Origin: Batkoa obscura
Lineage: Eukaryota
Direction of reading: 5' to 3'
DNA length: 64,000 nucleotides
Assembly: GCA_030770535.1 (NCBI GenBank)
Contig: JASVEC010000002.1
Location: forward strand, 248,001 to 312,000
In this document: one piece after another, positions 34,596 through 48,900 of the stretch
Layout: every line of letters begins with the position of its first letter
Position numbering within the stretch: the stretch's first letter is position 1
The notes under the pieces: generated by a model
The model's database searches: none
What the model saw: only the letters and a program-made list of their open reading frames with translations
What the model was told of the DNA's origin: nothing
Program-made: the position numbers and the translations under genes

Positions 34596-35468
34596 TTATC
34601 GCTATTTTTGATGTTTAAATTGGAATAATAAAAAAACATATCTGATTCTTTTAAGTACCTTTTTATACAAAACTCGGGTTAGTAATTTATGGTGATTTAG
34701 GCTTCTATTTAATTCCTTTTGAGAATAACTCTCTTTATTTTTGAGTATTTAACGAGCTTGACCTACTTTTAGCTTTAAAGGTGCGATTCATACCATTGGA
34801 GACTTAATTTTGATTGATCACAATTCCGAATAGATAAATTTATTGGTTGGGTTTTAGCTCCCATTGACCAATAAAAGTAATATCTTGTGGGAAAATTGAA
34901 ATGCTCCCTGATTTTTAAGTTTAATTAAATTAACATTGACTAGTGGAAAAATAGAACGATTTTATATTAAAATAAATAGGTGCTGATGTTTATAATTGTT
35001 AATTATCTTAATTTTCCTCTAAAAAACAGTAATTGAAGCTTATAATTTTTAATTATATTTTCGTTATATAGCTAGTAATTCTTGTTTAGATTTTGAAAGT
35101 GTTTTATTAATGAATCAAAATATAAAGTATGTTCTTAAGTTTAACTAACAATTCTGAATTTTATACTAAAAAGCTGAACAAAACATTGAAATGAAAAAAG
35201 AGACTATAATGTAAATTTATTTAGACAAGCCATCATTATTTGATTCAAAAAATTAGTATCTGAGACTATTTAAATTCTTAGCACTTTTATAATAACCTCA
35301 TATAGATAAACTTATACCAAAGGTTAATTTTTTAGCTTTGCTTTTAAATTTTGCAAATTTAAACCCCATTACAAAAAGGATCATGTTCTCAAATTTTGGA
35401 TTTAGTCAACTAAATTTACATAAATCAATCTAAAAAAGGTACAATTTAAAGCAGATTCTTAACATGCC

Positions 35469-36893
35469 ATGTTGCTATTTTTACTTCTATCTTTCCTATT
35501 CTATGATATCAACGCTATAATACCGAGAGTAAATTATGGTCAATGTATGGTAATAGAAGATGAATTATATTATTTAAATAGGAGGATCGACATACCGAAC
35601 ATAGGAATATTAAATGAAGAAAACAAGCAAGTATTTCAATTAGATTTTACAAAAGGTGTAAAGTTAGTTGGTAATATGGCTGAATGGGAAGCATACAATA
35701 TGACTAATCCGATTTCAATATTTCTAACATTTAGTAAGTATTTTTATGTTGGAAATCGAATTTCAATGGCTTTTCATGGCTATAGTGATAAAGAAACAAT
35801 AACATTTAGTTATTTTAATCTTAAAACAATGTAATGGAGTGAACATAATCATAAAGAGCTTCGTCAAGTAAACAGATCGAGGATATTCAGTAATGACAAT
35901 GAAGATAGTAAATATGAACTTGATATTTTGCAAGATAAGAAGAATTTAAATCGATTTTATATTTCTAATAAAATTACATTGTCTCCAGCTTTACCAGCTA
36001 AATTAGTATTGTTTGATATCCAAACTAAAAAAATAAAGACCGTCTACCAATCAAAAAAAGGATATTACATGCAGCAACTATTCATTAGTAATAACAAACT
36101 ATATTACTATGAAATAGCAACCGAAAGCAGTTTAACTGCCAATGATAGGTTATTGCATGAGTTTGATTTAACTTCATATAAAATAAGAAAATACAATGTC
36201 AATTTTAAGGACCTTAGGATTTTATCTATAGTTGAGTTTAATCAACCTGTTTATTTTATTACTGATACTGATAAAATAGCTATCTATGAACTTCAATTTC
36301 GAACGTTTGAGCTAAAACTACTAAATAAAACAATTATAATCAGTAGTGGTGTATATTTTACTACCTATAAAGATTATTTAATAATTTCCTTTGGTTCAAA
36401 TAGGATTAATCCTGTTGAGTATGAAAAACTACCTAAAGATAATCCAAATGACTATCCTGTAGCAGATTTCTCTGAAAGTTCTAATGAAATCAAAATTTTC
36501 AATTTAGTTAATTGGGAACAAGTAGACGTTATACCTTCAAGTAATAATGAAGATAAGAGTATATAAGTGATTGATAATTTTAAGGATACTACAAATGATA
36601 ATATAAACGGATTGTTGATTAAGAGTATTTTGGGCGGGATAGGAGGAGTGCTTTTAATTACAGGCATTGTAGTATTTATAATACATGAATATAAATCAAA
36701 GAAAAAAAAGCCTCCGAACATGATTACTGAGCCCATTTATATTAAACCAATTAACCCATTAGATGGTAACAACAGTTATTTCAATACTGAGATTTTTAGT
36801 CATTCACATGAAATTGATAACGTCGCTACTCTACTGCCTTTAGAAGCATGTATTAAAATTCCAAGAGATATAGACACAAATAAAGAAAAATAA
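35469..36893 (+). pseudogene. Type-I membrane (kelch/beta-propeller-like) family copy with two in-frame stops
   Basis: ORFs 35469, 35928 and 36567 share one frame; TAA at 35832 and 36564; collinear with intact 56635..58059. Confidence 0.85.
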
Positions 36894-37129
36894 TTTTTTT
36901 ACATATCAAACTTTGTCAACATTTCTTATATATATTTACATAAATTTAAATTAAATATTGATTATTCATGAACTATAAAAATTAAACGCTATTAGTATTT
37001 GGGTTTCATATCCCATACTAATTGAAAGTTAACTTAAATGTTATCAAAATAGTTTTTGAATAAATTTTTTCGTTAACTTCCTGAATAGAATGGTTGGCAA
37101 TAGAAATTATTTTATACGATTTGAAATAT

Positions 37130-38535
37130 TATTTTTTTCTCTATTTCCACCTGTAGTTGATAAATCTTTAATACATGTGTTTCAATATCCAATATGATAA
37201 CAGCGTCATCAATTTTTTGCAAATGACTAAACATTCCAGTGCTATAATAATCACTTTTGACATTTAATCGTTAAATCAGCTCAAGAAATATAGATTTACC
37301 AATGAAATTTGGGGACCTTTTTTTTTGATAAGTTACATTTATACAATACAAATACTGTAAGTACTGTTATTAGAATCACTACGCCTACCTCTACCACAAT
37401 CCCTCCAATTAATGAGCTAGCGTCATTGTTTAATACTCTTGTAGGATTACCTTTATTTTTATCTATTGGAGGTATACCATCTAGTTATTCCCAGGTAGTC
37501 AAATTATATATTTGAGCTCTATTTGAACTTTCAGCAGCAGTGGGAGGGATATAGCTATTTGTTATAATACTAAATTTATGTGGTTCGATTATATAAGCCA
37601 CCAAGGGAGCTTATTAAACATTCTTTGTAAATAGTAAGACGCTCATGATCATTAAATATAGCTTCTATTGTCTATTTGTTTAAGTTAAAAATTGAAAATG
37701 AAACATAGATTTCAGCTTGAACAATACTACCAGGATTAAAAATAAAGCAAACTAAATTATTAGATTCAATTCTAGATAATTCTAAATGTTTTACGAAATC
37801 AATGTCATACTTTTCTATTTTATGTGATGTTAAATGTAATCAAAATAATATTTTGATATCACTAATTAGTATAGATTCGTCTCCTAGTATTTCAAAATAG
37901 TATAATTCATTATTATATATATATTGTTGATATATAAAATAAGCTCTCTATTTGATTTATGAACTGTTTTTGCTTATTTAGCGTTTATATCAAATAATAA
38001 CATTTTGTGATAAAATTGGTAAAGAAAGTTCAATTATAACGTAAAACTTATTTAGATTATGGCCATATATGTTAAACATTAAAGCGAAAATGTTGATTCA
38101 TACTATCTTTTTCAGAAAAAAATGTGTAAAAGATTTGGTGAAATTCGTCAATACTATATTCGACATACTATTCCTTTTTTTCAGTATTAAAATGAGTGTA
38201 GCTCAATGTCAATTCTGCTCTATATTGATCAAAAGGAGATAATGGTTTATTTCCAATAAGAAAACACCATTATATCGATCGACAAGCCTTGGTCAATTGG
38301 TCATATTATATACTTCCCATTCAGCCATATTACCAACTAACTCTGTTCCATTTTTTGAACCTAACTTAAATAACTGATTGTTAGCTTTTTGTAAGTCTAT
38401 GTTTGGTAAATAAATAGGTTGATCCAAGTAATATAATTTATTATCTATTATTATACATTTATTATCAGTTACTCTTGGTACTACTGCTTTAGTTTTATAG
38501 AATAGAAATAACAGTAAAAAAATTTGAACTAAAAT
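37130..38535 (-). pseudogene. Degraded copy of the same membrane-protein family
   Basis: Minus strand AVVPRVTDNKCIIIDNKLYYL, LVGNMAEWEVYNMT, IYNLTTWE, FSHLQKIDD; many stops and frameshifts; ends approximate. Confidence 0.8.
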
Positions 38536-38730
38536 CTGAATAATTGAGTATAAGTTCCAATCAGAAGTTACAGGGTGTTTTTAGCAATTGATTATCTCGA
38601 ATATTGTTCCAAATATGTTTTATCACACTAATTTAAGGTCAAATTAAAACTTCTGTTAACTAATTCATAATTATTAAATAGCAAATAATCGGTGGTATTT
38701 AAATTGTCAATTTGCTTTTTCTTTCTTTCT

Positions 38731-40227
38731 TTAATGGCTTTTAAACCCTTGAGTTTGTCTTTCAATGGATAGTGTGATAATAGCTTCATCATCCTCTTGT
38801 AAATGACTAAAAACACATGTATTATAATAAATATTATTAGCATCTAAAACGTCAACCAGTTCAATGAAAATAGGCATAGCAATAATATTTGGAAGTTTTC
38901 TTTTTAAATTTATGTTTATGGAATATAAAAACTATCATTACTACTATGATAACTCCAGCTGTTTCGTATACAACACTCTCAATTAGTGAGCTATTGTCAC
39001 TACTTCTATTGTATTTATTACGACCACTTGTTTTTTCATTTTATTATTCCCGTTATCATTGCCACTATCCAATAATGGTATACCATCTACTTGTTTCTAA
39101 TCTATTATATTAAACATATTAGTATTATTTGAGCTTTCATTATTTCTAATTGGATTTGTTCACCACGCTTTACTTCTACATATAGTTGGTGGAATTTCTA
39201 ATTTCATCTGGATTATCATGCTTTTCTTCTAAAGTGTAGCTAGTTGAGTTACTTTTCGACGGCTTTTCAACTTCAGTAAGATTAATTATATTTATGTTAA
39301 ATAAACTCATGAAATAATTCCTATACGTAACAAGGCATCCATTACTATTAAACGGGATTCTTTCGTTTGTTTTTCAAATTCAAGTGGTCGAAGTTATAGT
39401 TAATAAATAACAACTCTACCATCATAATTCTTATCGCCAAAAGAATAAACTGATTGACTAAATTCTACTATATAAAATACCACAGAACCATCAAAGTTGA
39501 CGTTATACTGTTTAATTTCATACGGGCTTAAACCTAATTGATACAATACCCTATCATCAACTATTAAATCAGATCTATCAGATCTTTTAAGGAAATATAA
39601 TTTATTATTATTAATAAATAATTAATCACTATAATTACCTCCCTTTGACAAATAGTTTCCACTTCTTTAGTCTGGGTATCGAATGGTGGTAATTTTAGTA
39701 GAAAAGTTAATCACTTGTACTTGTTAGAAATATAAAATATATTTGAACTTTTTCCATCATGTAATATCTTAAGCTCCTGTTCACGATCTATAATGCTCTT
39801 TTCAACAGTAGATGTCATATTTATTTGATAAAGCTTTTTCATAAAACATTCTTTACTCTACCTCATTTTTTCAATATTCAAGTAATTACATTTAAGCTTG
39901 AACTTCTTAACAAATTATTGTAGAAAACCACCAACCCATTATTTCCAGTATATAAGAGATTGAGTATTCTCATAGGTTGTTTCAGTGGATTACTTAGTCA
40001 TAATTTTTCCAATTAGCAGTATTACCACTTAATTTTACACCTTTTTTGAAATCCAGTTTAAACATCTGCCTATTATCTCTTTCTGAATTTATATTTGATG
40101 TCTGAGCATATGTATTTATATAATATAGCTTGTCATCTATCACTATATATTTACCATCATATAACTCCAGCACTATTGTATTAACTTTATATATTAAAAG
40201 GCTGATGAAAATTCAAAGTAGTAACAT
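38731..40227 (-). pseudogene. Degraded copy of the same membrane-protein family
   Basis: ATG 40227 then early TGA; YIVIDDKLYY, FKLDFKKGVK, VFSHLQEDDE remnants. Confidence 0.8.
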
Positions 40228-40531
40228 GCTTTTAGAAAAGTTAAATAAACAATCAATTTGGCTTTATAAATACTTGTAAGCATTTTATTAAATTATAAAG
40301 AGTCCAAGGACCCATCTAGATTTAAATAATATAAAATTGGGTGTGGTTTATGGTTGTACAAGAAAAACTTCATATTAAAAAATAGATACCACTGATAGTT
40401 TTTATAAAATAAAAGCCCATACTTCTAAATATAAGCTAATACTAACACTAATATCAGCGTTGGGCCAATATTTTTAATTTGATTGAGATTTGTTTGGTGG
40501 AATTCTTTATATTGAAATACGGTTTTTATTT

Positions 40532-40630
40532 GGGGATGCTTTTTTTTATTTCATTACTTTTTCCACCTTTTAAGCGCTATTTGAGCGGAAAATTTGTTAG
40601 TAAAATTCTTAAACACAAGAATACATCCCC
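40532..40630 (-). mobile_element. MITE copy
   Basis: GGGGATG..CATCCCC; ATTT direct repeat on both flanks. Confidence 0.92.
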
Positions 40631-40962
40631 ATTTGTTTGTTGATTTTCTGTGAAAATATCCATTAAAAAATATCTTCAGATGTTACATTAACAAAAACTA
40701 TACAAGAGATTCGTAAATATTAAATAAAGACAGATCAAATGCTCAAATCTTTTTTGATATCTTTTATACAGATGAGTTTATATTATAATTAATTAACAAT
40801 TTGTTAATAATGCCTATATACTTATAAAAATTAAAGTTTCAAAGTACGATATATAATTATTTTAAATCAGAATTTTTTTATTTTTTTATTTTTTTACTTT
40901 TTTTACTACAAACGATTTAACTTTAATAGAATAATTCATTGACATAGTGTAAATACAAATAT

Positions 40963-41052
40963 ATAAATGCTTTTTAAATTTCATCAATTTTTAGATTGTT
41001 GAGTACTACTTAAGTGAAAAAGTTAATAAAATTCTTAAAAAGATATATCCTC
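40963..41052 (-). mobile_element. MITE copy (old, degraded)
   Basis: TTTCATCA..TAAGTGAAAA..AAAATTCTTAAA..ATCCTC-ATAT. Confidence 0.6.
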
Positions 41053-42862
41053 ATATAACTAAATACATTTATTAAATTTACTAATGTAATAGTTATAATA
41101 AGCAAAACAGTCGGCTTTAACTTTTTCAAACAGCACAGATCCCAAATAAACAATAAATAGCAACAAACCAGAATAGATTATCAACATAGTTGGTTTAGTT
41201 TATCTAATATTAAAATATGATACTACAATTAAATGTGGATAAATAGTTTAAAAGTTGCTATTTTCGAATGTGGGTTTTGGTTTTATAATAATTTACTAAA
41301 CTAGAATGTTAATTAATTAAACAAGTATAGTTATTATAAATTTAAACCATGATATTACATTACCTTGAAATTGAACAAAATGTTTCTTAGTAGTTAATTA
41401 GTAGGTCAAATTTAAATTTAACAAGAGATAAATAATATGCTAAAGTATGTTGTAATTACATTATACACAACTTTAAAGATGTTATTTTATTATTAATATA
41501 CCCAAGTGATAATCTACAGATTGTAAATGAATTATTTGCACTTGTAGCCAAAGTACAATGAAAACCCTTTTTTGTCCATTCCTGTAAAGATTGGAATATT
41601 ACTAAATATGTTTCACTCTCAATAGCATTTTATCAGAATTTTTAGCAACCAATGACTCAAGCGTAGCAATTACTCTATCAATTGTATCATGATAGTTTTA
41701 TTATATTGTATTATTAAATATTTGATTTAACATTTAAATAATCTATTATCTTATCAAGGCTCAGCATTTAAGATATCCTTAAAACAAGCCCTTAATTATC
41801 AAATAACATTTATAACCCAATGTAAACTAGTGCGTGTAACTAAATGTAGTTTATTCTCACTATCAATAGGATAATTGATCTCCGTTTCATTTTTTAAAAT
41901 GGGCAATGAAATCTTCCTTTATTCTCACACTAATTCCCGAAATCCCACTTATTGAATTTGCCCAATCAATCTCCCTGACTTCAAATTCTTACAAAAACCA
42001 CCAATTTAGGCCAGCTTAACTTGCTGCTATTTTCCCACCATGCTAAAGTTCATTGGCTGCTCTAAGATTAAAAGATACCTTTATTTTATGATTAATGCTC
42101 CAAATCTCCCTTTTATTTCAAATTGATTAGAATATCACTTATGATTGGCTATAGTGAAAGGGATAAGGTTGATTACTGATTATTTAATTTTTTTAGAATT
42201 TTCCCACGCTAATCAAAACTTACCTTTTAAAATAAAAGCATGGGTTCAATTTCACCCCCTAATTTATATTACATCACCTTAATTTGCTAATTGTACACTA
42301 TCTGCTGTATCCCTTGAATGTTAACCATAGCCTTTATCTTATCTTTTTTGTTAGGTGTGGTAAATAATTAGAACTTTATATTGTAAAGGGATAAGAATGT
42401 TGTGATTTTTTGGTATTTTGGATAATCGAAATAGAATAACACAATAGTTTCAATTACCTCATCTATTTTTTAAACTAATAATAATTTATTAATAAATTTT
42501 AAAATAAAATCTAGTATTTCGAAAATAGCGTCATAGAGAGGCGACTTTCTAAATTTGGTATAGTTTAACAGCCGAGATTAGGTTTCTATGCCCAAAATTA
42601 AACTTCCAGGTATTAATTTATGATAAGTTAGAAATGAAAAGAATAAATACTCATCAAAAAGAAATTCATTTTTTTTGATCTTTTAACTTTTAATTGTTAA
42701 GTGTGTAACAATTTATTCAAAATTTCTCTTTAGTATCTCAACTATCGAAATCCAATCCTATTAAAATTTCGATTCGTTTATTCTGTTTAATCATTGAATT
42801 TTTATCTAAACGTTCAATAACACTCTAGTTTATATCTCTTCCAATCCATCCATTTTATAAAA

Positions 42863-42905
42863 GTAAGTTTTCTATTTTATTCCCACCCCTTTCTAATCTT
42901 TATAG
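42863..42905 (+). other. Probable 5'UTR intron of FAS
   Basis: GTAAGT...CTAAT...TATAG, 43 bp, ending about 30 bp before the ATG. Confidence 0.45.
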
Positions 42906-42934
42906 ATTTACCTGTACTCAACACTTTATAAATA

Positions 42935-45900
42935 ATGGCCTTACGTTCTCGTCAACACTCTTTTAGTGCTGGTTTACAAGCCTCACGCCCTTTAAATATC
43001 AAAAACAACTCGGTAGAGGTGAGCATCTTGTTTTCTAATGAAATTTGGAACTCTGCCGAACAACTACGTGAAGAATTCTCTTTACAACCATTACCGGAAA
43101 CGATCTTACCTGAAGAATTGTCTCCTATCGAACTCATCGCTTTATTCCTTAGCTTCGCTGTAGATCGTGCTGAAACTGATGATATCCAATCTTTTTATCC
43201 AGTGGTACGTGTAGTATTTTTCCATCTTCGCGATGTATTTTTAAAGAAAAACGATGTCCATTCAGCCACAAAACAATTACCCTTAGCTAACCGCAACGTT
43301 ATAATCCAAGCTTATTTCTATGCCTTAAGTGTACTTCGTAAAGAAGGCATCCTCTTTGGCGATGATTGCCCAGCCCCAAGCTCAGCTTTATTTACTGCTT
43401 CTCGTAGAAAGGACGCTGCTTTATTTGCTGTATTTGGTGGTCAAGGTAACAGTGAGGAATACTTTGATGAGCTTATTGAGCTTTTTAGTCTCTATGAAGG
43501 TATCGTACGTCCTTTCATCACGAAAATGTCTTCAATTTTGAGATCTCATGCTCTCAGTACAGAGGCTACTGCTTTCCATTCAAAAGGTCTTAATGTCATA
43601 CGCTGGTTAGAAAACCCAGAAGCTCGTCCAGATGTCCCTTATCTTGTTTCCGCTCCAGTTAGTTTACCAATGATTGGTCTTATCCAGCTTACGCATTATC
43701 TCGTTGCTATGAAAGTATTGGATATGTCACCAGATCAACTTCGTAACCATTTCCACGGAGCTACTGGCCATTCTCAAGGTATTATTTCCGCCGTTGTAAT
43801 TGCTTCTTCTTCAAATGAAGAGAGCTTTTATGAAAATGCAGAAAAAGCTTTAGGCTTACTTTTCTGGATTGGTACCCGCTCTCAACAAATCTACCCTCAA
43901 GTAACCCTTAATCCAACCATTCTCAAAGACTCCATCTCAAATGGAGAAGGCAATCCAAGTGTGATGTTAGCTATTTACAATCTTCGTTTAGCCGAAGTCC
44001 AAAAATATGTAGAAGCTACTAACCAACATTTACCTAAGGATCGTCAAATCTATATCAATCTCATTAATGGGCCACGCTCTATTATCTGTGTTGGTCATCC
44101 TCAAAGTTTACATGGTCTTAATTTAACTTTACGTAAAATCAAAGCACCATCTGGTTTAGATCAATCCCGTGTCCCACATTCTCAAAGAAAACAAAAGTTT
44201 TCTTCCAGGTTCTTACCAATTACTGCGCCTTTCCACAGTGAATATTTGGTCAAGGCACCAGAAAGGATAGCTCAAGATATTGCTAAGTTCAATTTAGAAT
44301 TCCGTAGCAAAGACCTTGCTATTCCTATCTTATCTACACTCAATGGTAAAGATTTACGTAACAGTGAAACTTTAACTGAAGATTTGGTCAAACTAATCTG
44401 TGTCCATCCAATCAATTGGGAAAAAGCAACCGATGTATCTTCTCTTACTCATGTAATTGACTTTGGACCAGGAGGTACTTCAGGTATTGGTGGTTTGACT
44501 TACCGTAATAAAGAGGGTACTGGTGTTCAAGTCATTTTAGCTGGTACTCTTCAAGGGGGTAATCAACATCTTTCTTATAAAGCTGATTTATTTGACAACG
44601 ACCCAACTGCTGTCAAATATTCTCCAAATTGGGGTGAAGCTTTCCGTCCAAAGTTGGCCAAAATCTCCAGTACTGGCAAAATTTTAGTTGATACTCGCTT
44701 CAGCAGATTAATTGGTAAGGCACCTTTAATGGTAGCTGGTATGACTCCATGTACTGTCCCTTCCAAATTTGTATCTGCCGTAATTAATGCTGGTTATCAT
44801 GTTGAATTAGCAGGTGGAGGTCATTTCAGTGAAGAAATGTTCCGTGATAAAATCAAGGACATTATGACTAAAATTCAACCAGGAGAAAGTATTACCGTTA
44901 ATATCCTTTTCCTTAATGCTTTCCAATGGGGTTTCCAATTTCCTTTAGTCCAAAAGATGAAGCAAGAAGGTTATCCAATTGAAGGTATTTGTTGTGCTGC
45001 TGGTACTCCATCTCCTGATGTAGCTAATGATATTGTATCTCAAATCAAAAATGCAGGCTTAAAACACATCTCCTTCAAACCAGGATCAGTATCTGCTATC
45101 CGCCAAGTCATTCAAATTGCCGTCAACAATCCAGACATGCCAATCATCATGCAATGGACTGGTGGTCGTGCTGGTGGTCATCATTCTTTTGAAGATTTCC
45201 ATCAACCAATTCTTGAAACTTATGCTTCCATTCGTCAGCAATCTAACATTATTTTAATTGCTGGTTCTGGTTTTGGTTCCCATGAGGATACTTTACCTTA
45301 CATTACTGGTGAATGGTCAGGTGTTTACGATTATCCATCTATGCCTTTCGATGGTGTATTGTTTGGTTCTCGTGTTATGGTTGCTGCTGAATCTGAAGCT
45401 GCAGATGAAGTTAAGGCTTTAATTGTTAATGCCCCTGGTGTTGAAGACAAAGACTGGGAAAATACCTATACTCGTGAAACTGGTGGTATTTTAACTGTAA
45501 AATCTGAACTTGGTGAGCCTATCCATAAGGTAGCTAACCGTGGTATTCGTTTCTGGAAAGAAATGGATGACACTATTTTTACTTTACCAAAGAACAAACG
45601 TCAAGCTGTACTTGATAACAAGAAGGATTATATCATTAAGCGCTTAAATGCAGATTTTCAAAAGGTATGGTTTGGTAAAAAAGCCGATGGTAACCCAGCT
45701 GATCTTCAAGATATGACTTATGCTGAAGTCGTCAATCGCTTAGTTGAGCTTACTTATATCAACCATCAACAACGTTGGATTGATGTATCTCTTCGTCGAT
45801 TTGTAGGTGACTTTATGGTTCGTTTAGAAGAGCGTTTTATTTCAACTAAAAAAGCATCCTTACTTCAAGATTATAATCAAATTCAACAGCCTCATGAATT

Positions 45901-48900
45901 TGTTAAATCTTTCCTTGAAGCTTATCCAGAAAGTTCAAAACAATTATTAACTACTGAAGATATTCAATATTTCTTAAGTCAATGTTTACGTCGTGATCAA
46001 AAACCAGTACCTTTTATTCCAGTATTAGATTCTAACTTAGAGTTCTGGTTTAAAAAGGATAGTTTATGGCAATCTGAAGACTTACAAGCCGTACCTGAAC
46101 AAGATGTTGAACGTGCTGCCATTCTTCATGGTCCTATTGCTGCTAAGCATTCTACCGAATACAATGTTCCTGTAAAAGATATCTTGGATGGTATCCATAA
46201 TGGTCACATCCAGAGTTTATTAAACAAGTATTATAATGGTGATGAGTCTTCTATTCCTACTATTGAGTATATTGGTGGCACTCAAAACAACTATCCCGAA
46301 TATGTCCCAAAGGATGTTTTAGCCATCACTGATCCTGTAAACCCAGATATAATTGTTTATGAAACTAGTGCTTCAGGAGCACTCCCAAGTACTGAAGCTT
46401 GGCTAGAGCTTATCTCTGGACCAAAAGAAGGATGGTTAAGGGCTATTCTTACTTCTCCTTTGATTGTACAAGGTAATATGACCGTGAAAAATCCATTGCT
46501 TAAAGTATTCCGTCCAAGAAGAAATCAAAAAGTAACCATTCAATTTGCCAATAACAACAATCATTCACTTAAAGTGTATGAAGGTACTGGTAAAAATTCA
46601 CGCCTTGCTATCAAAGCTGAAATCAATGGTGATAAACAAATTGACGTTACCTTCTTTGAAAAGAAGGGTGCTGAAGAAGTTGCTTTAACTTTCCCTTACT
46701 TATATAAACCTGAACAAGGTTATGCTCCTATCCATGAAGTAATGGAGGGTAGAAACGATCGTATCAAAAAGTTCTACTACAATCTTTGGTTTGGTAGTGA
46801 TGAGTATGATAGCATCAGCAATGACCCTAACTTTGAATTCATTGCTCAAGGAGAGAAAGTTTCTCGTGAAGAAATTAGCAAATTCTGCCAAGCAGTTGGC
46901 AATCAAGCAGAACTATATGTTGATCGTGGTCAAGATATTTTAACAGCTCCAGTTGATTTTGCTATTGTTGTTGGATGGAAATCCATTATCAAAGCTATTT
47001 TCCCTAAGTTTATCGATGGTGATTTACTTAAATTAGTTCATCTTTCCAATGGTTTCCGCTTATTTGAAAATGTACGTCCATTACAAAGTGGTGATGTAGT
47101 AGATACCCATGCCAAAATCACTGCCTTAGTAAATAATGAATCTGGTAAATTAGTACAAGTCAAAGGTACTGTTAAGAGAGATGGAGTTGATGTAATGGAA
47201 GTTAACAGTCAATTCCTTTACCGTGGCAAATTTACTGACTTTGAACATACTTTCCGCAACTCTGATGAAATTCCAATGGAGATTGTATTACCAACTTCAA
47301 GAGAAATTGCTGTACTTAAATCCAAATCTTGGTTCATTTGGGAACGTAATGATGTCCATTTAACTCCTGGTTCTACTCTTACTTTCCGTTTAAACACCCA
47401 CTCCAAATTCAAGTCCACCAATGTTTATTCTGAACTTAAAACAACTGGTTCTGTATTTATGCAAATCCCTACTAAAGAAGTAGTTAAAGTAGCTTCAGTC
47501 AATTATATTTCTGGTGAATCTCATGGTAACCCAGTAATTGAATATCTCAAGAGATTGGGTCAATCCATTGACCAAGCCACTTTATTTGAAAATGGAGGCT
47601 ATTCAGTTATGCCAAAAGGAGATGATTTCAATTCCTCTGTACAAACTCCTTCTTCTAATTTCTCTTATGCTCAAGTATCTCAAGATCTTAACCCTATCCA
47701 CGTAAACCCTTACTTTGCTGATTTAGCTGATTTACCCGGTACTATTACTCATGGTATGTGGTCCAGTGCTTCTACTCGTAAATTTGTTGAAACTTTTGCA
47801 GCTGATAATCACCCACTTAGAGTCACTGCCTATGATGTATCTTTCCAAGGTATGGTACTTCCAGGTGATCAACTTACTACCAATTTATTCCACATTGGTA
47901 TGCAAGAGGGTAAAAAGATTATCAAAGTTGAAACCATCAATCAACATGGTGACAAAGTATTAGCTGGTACAGCTGAAGTTGAACAACCTTCTACTGCTTA
48001 TGTATTTACTGGTCAAGGTTCTCAAGAAGTTGGTATGGGTATGGCTTTATATGATTCTTCCCCAGTAGCTCGTAAGATTTGGGACCAAGCTGATTCCCAT
48101 TACTTAAAGAATTACGGGTTCTCTATCTTAGATATTGTACGCAATAATCCAAAAGAGCATACTATCCATTTCGGTGGTAGTGAAGGTAAAGCTATCCGTA
48201 AAAACTATATTAGTATGACCTATGATAAAGTGGATGAAGATGGTACCGTACGTACTTACCCTATCTTCCCACAAATTAATGAAAGGTCTACTTCGTTTAC
48301 TTTTATTTCTCCTAATGGCTTACTTTCTGCTACCCAATTTACTCAACCCGCTTTGACTTTAATGGAAAAAGCTGCATTTGAAGACATGAAAGCTAAGGGT
48401 TTGATTCAACGTGGATGTCCATTTGCTGGTCATTCTTTAGGTGAATATGCTGCTTTAGCTGCTATTGGCAAGGTACTCCATGTTGATGCTGTAGCTGATC
48501 TTGTTTTCTATCGTGGTATGACTATGCAATCTGCTGTACAAAGAGATTCTTTGGGTCGTTCTAACTTTGGTATGGTGGCTGTTAACCCAAGTCGTGTAAG
48601 TAAGTCCCTTAATGAAACTTACCTTAAATATGTGGTTGATGCTATTGCTCACCAAAGTGCTGGTTTACTTCAAATTGTCAATTATAACGTCGAAAACTGG
48701 CAATACGTTGTCTCTGGTGAATTGACTAATCTCGAAACTTTAGCTAACGTCTTAAATTACATGAAATCATCCAACATTGATTTAGCCAATTTGATGAAGA
48801 CAATGACTTTAGATCAAGTTAAAGAGCATCTTACTTCTATTATTTCAGTTGCTTTAGAAAAGGCCAAAGATAAAAAAGAAAAATCTGGTGGTCATTTAGT

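Noticed and set aside
35832..36566. UAA reassignment or read-through explaining the in-frame stops
   Set aside because: Conserved genes here (FAS, AKR, S8, SUN) end in TAA at the expected positions.
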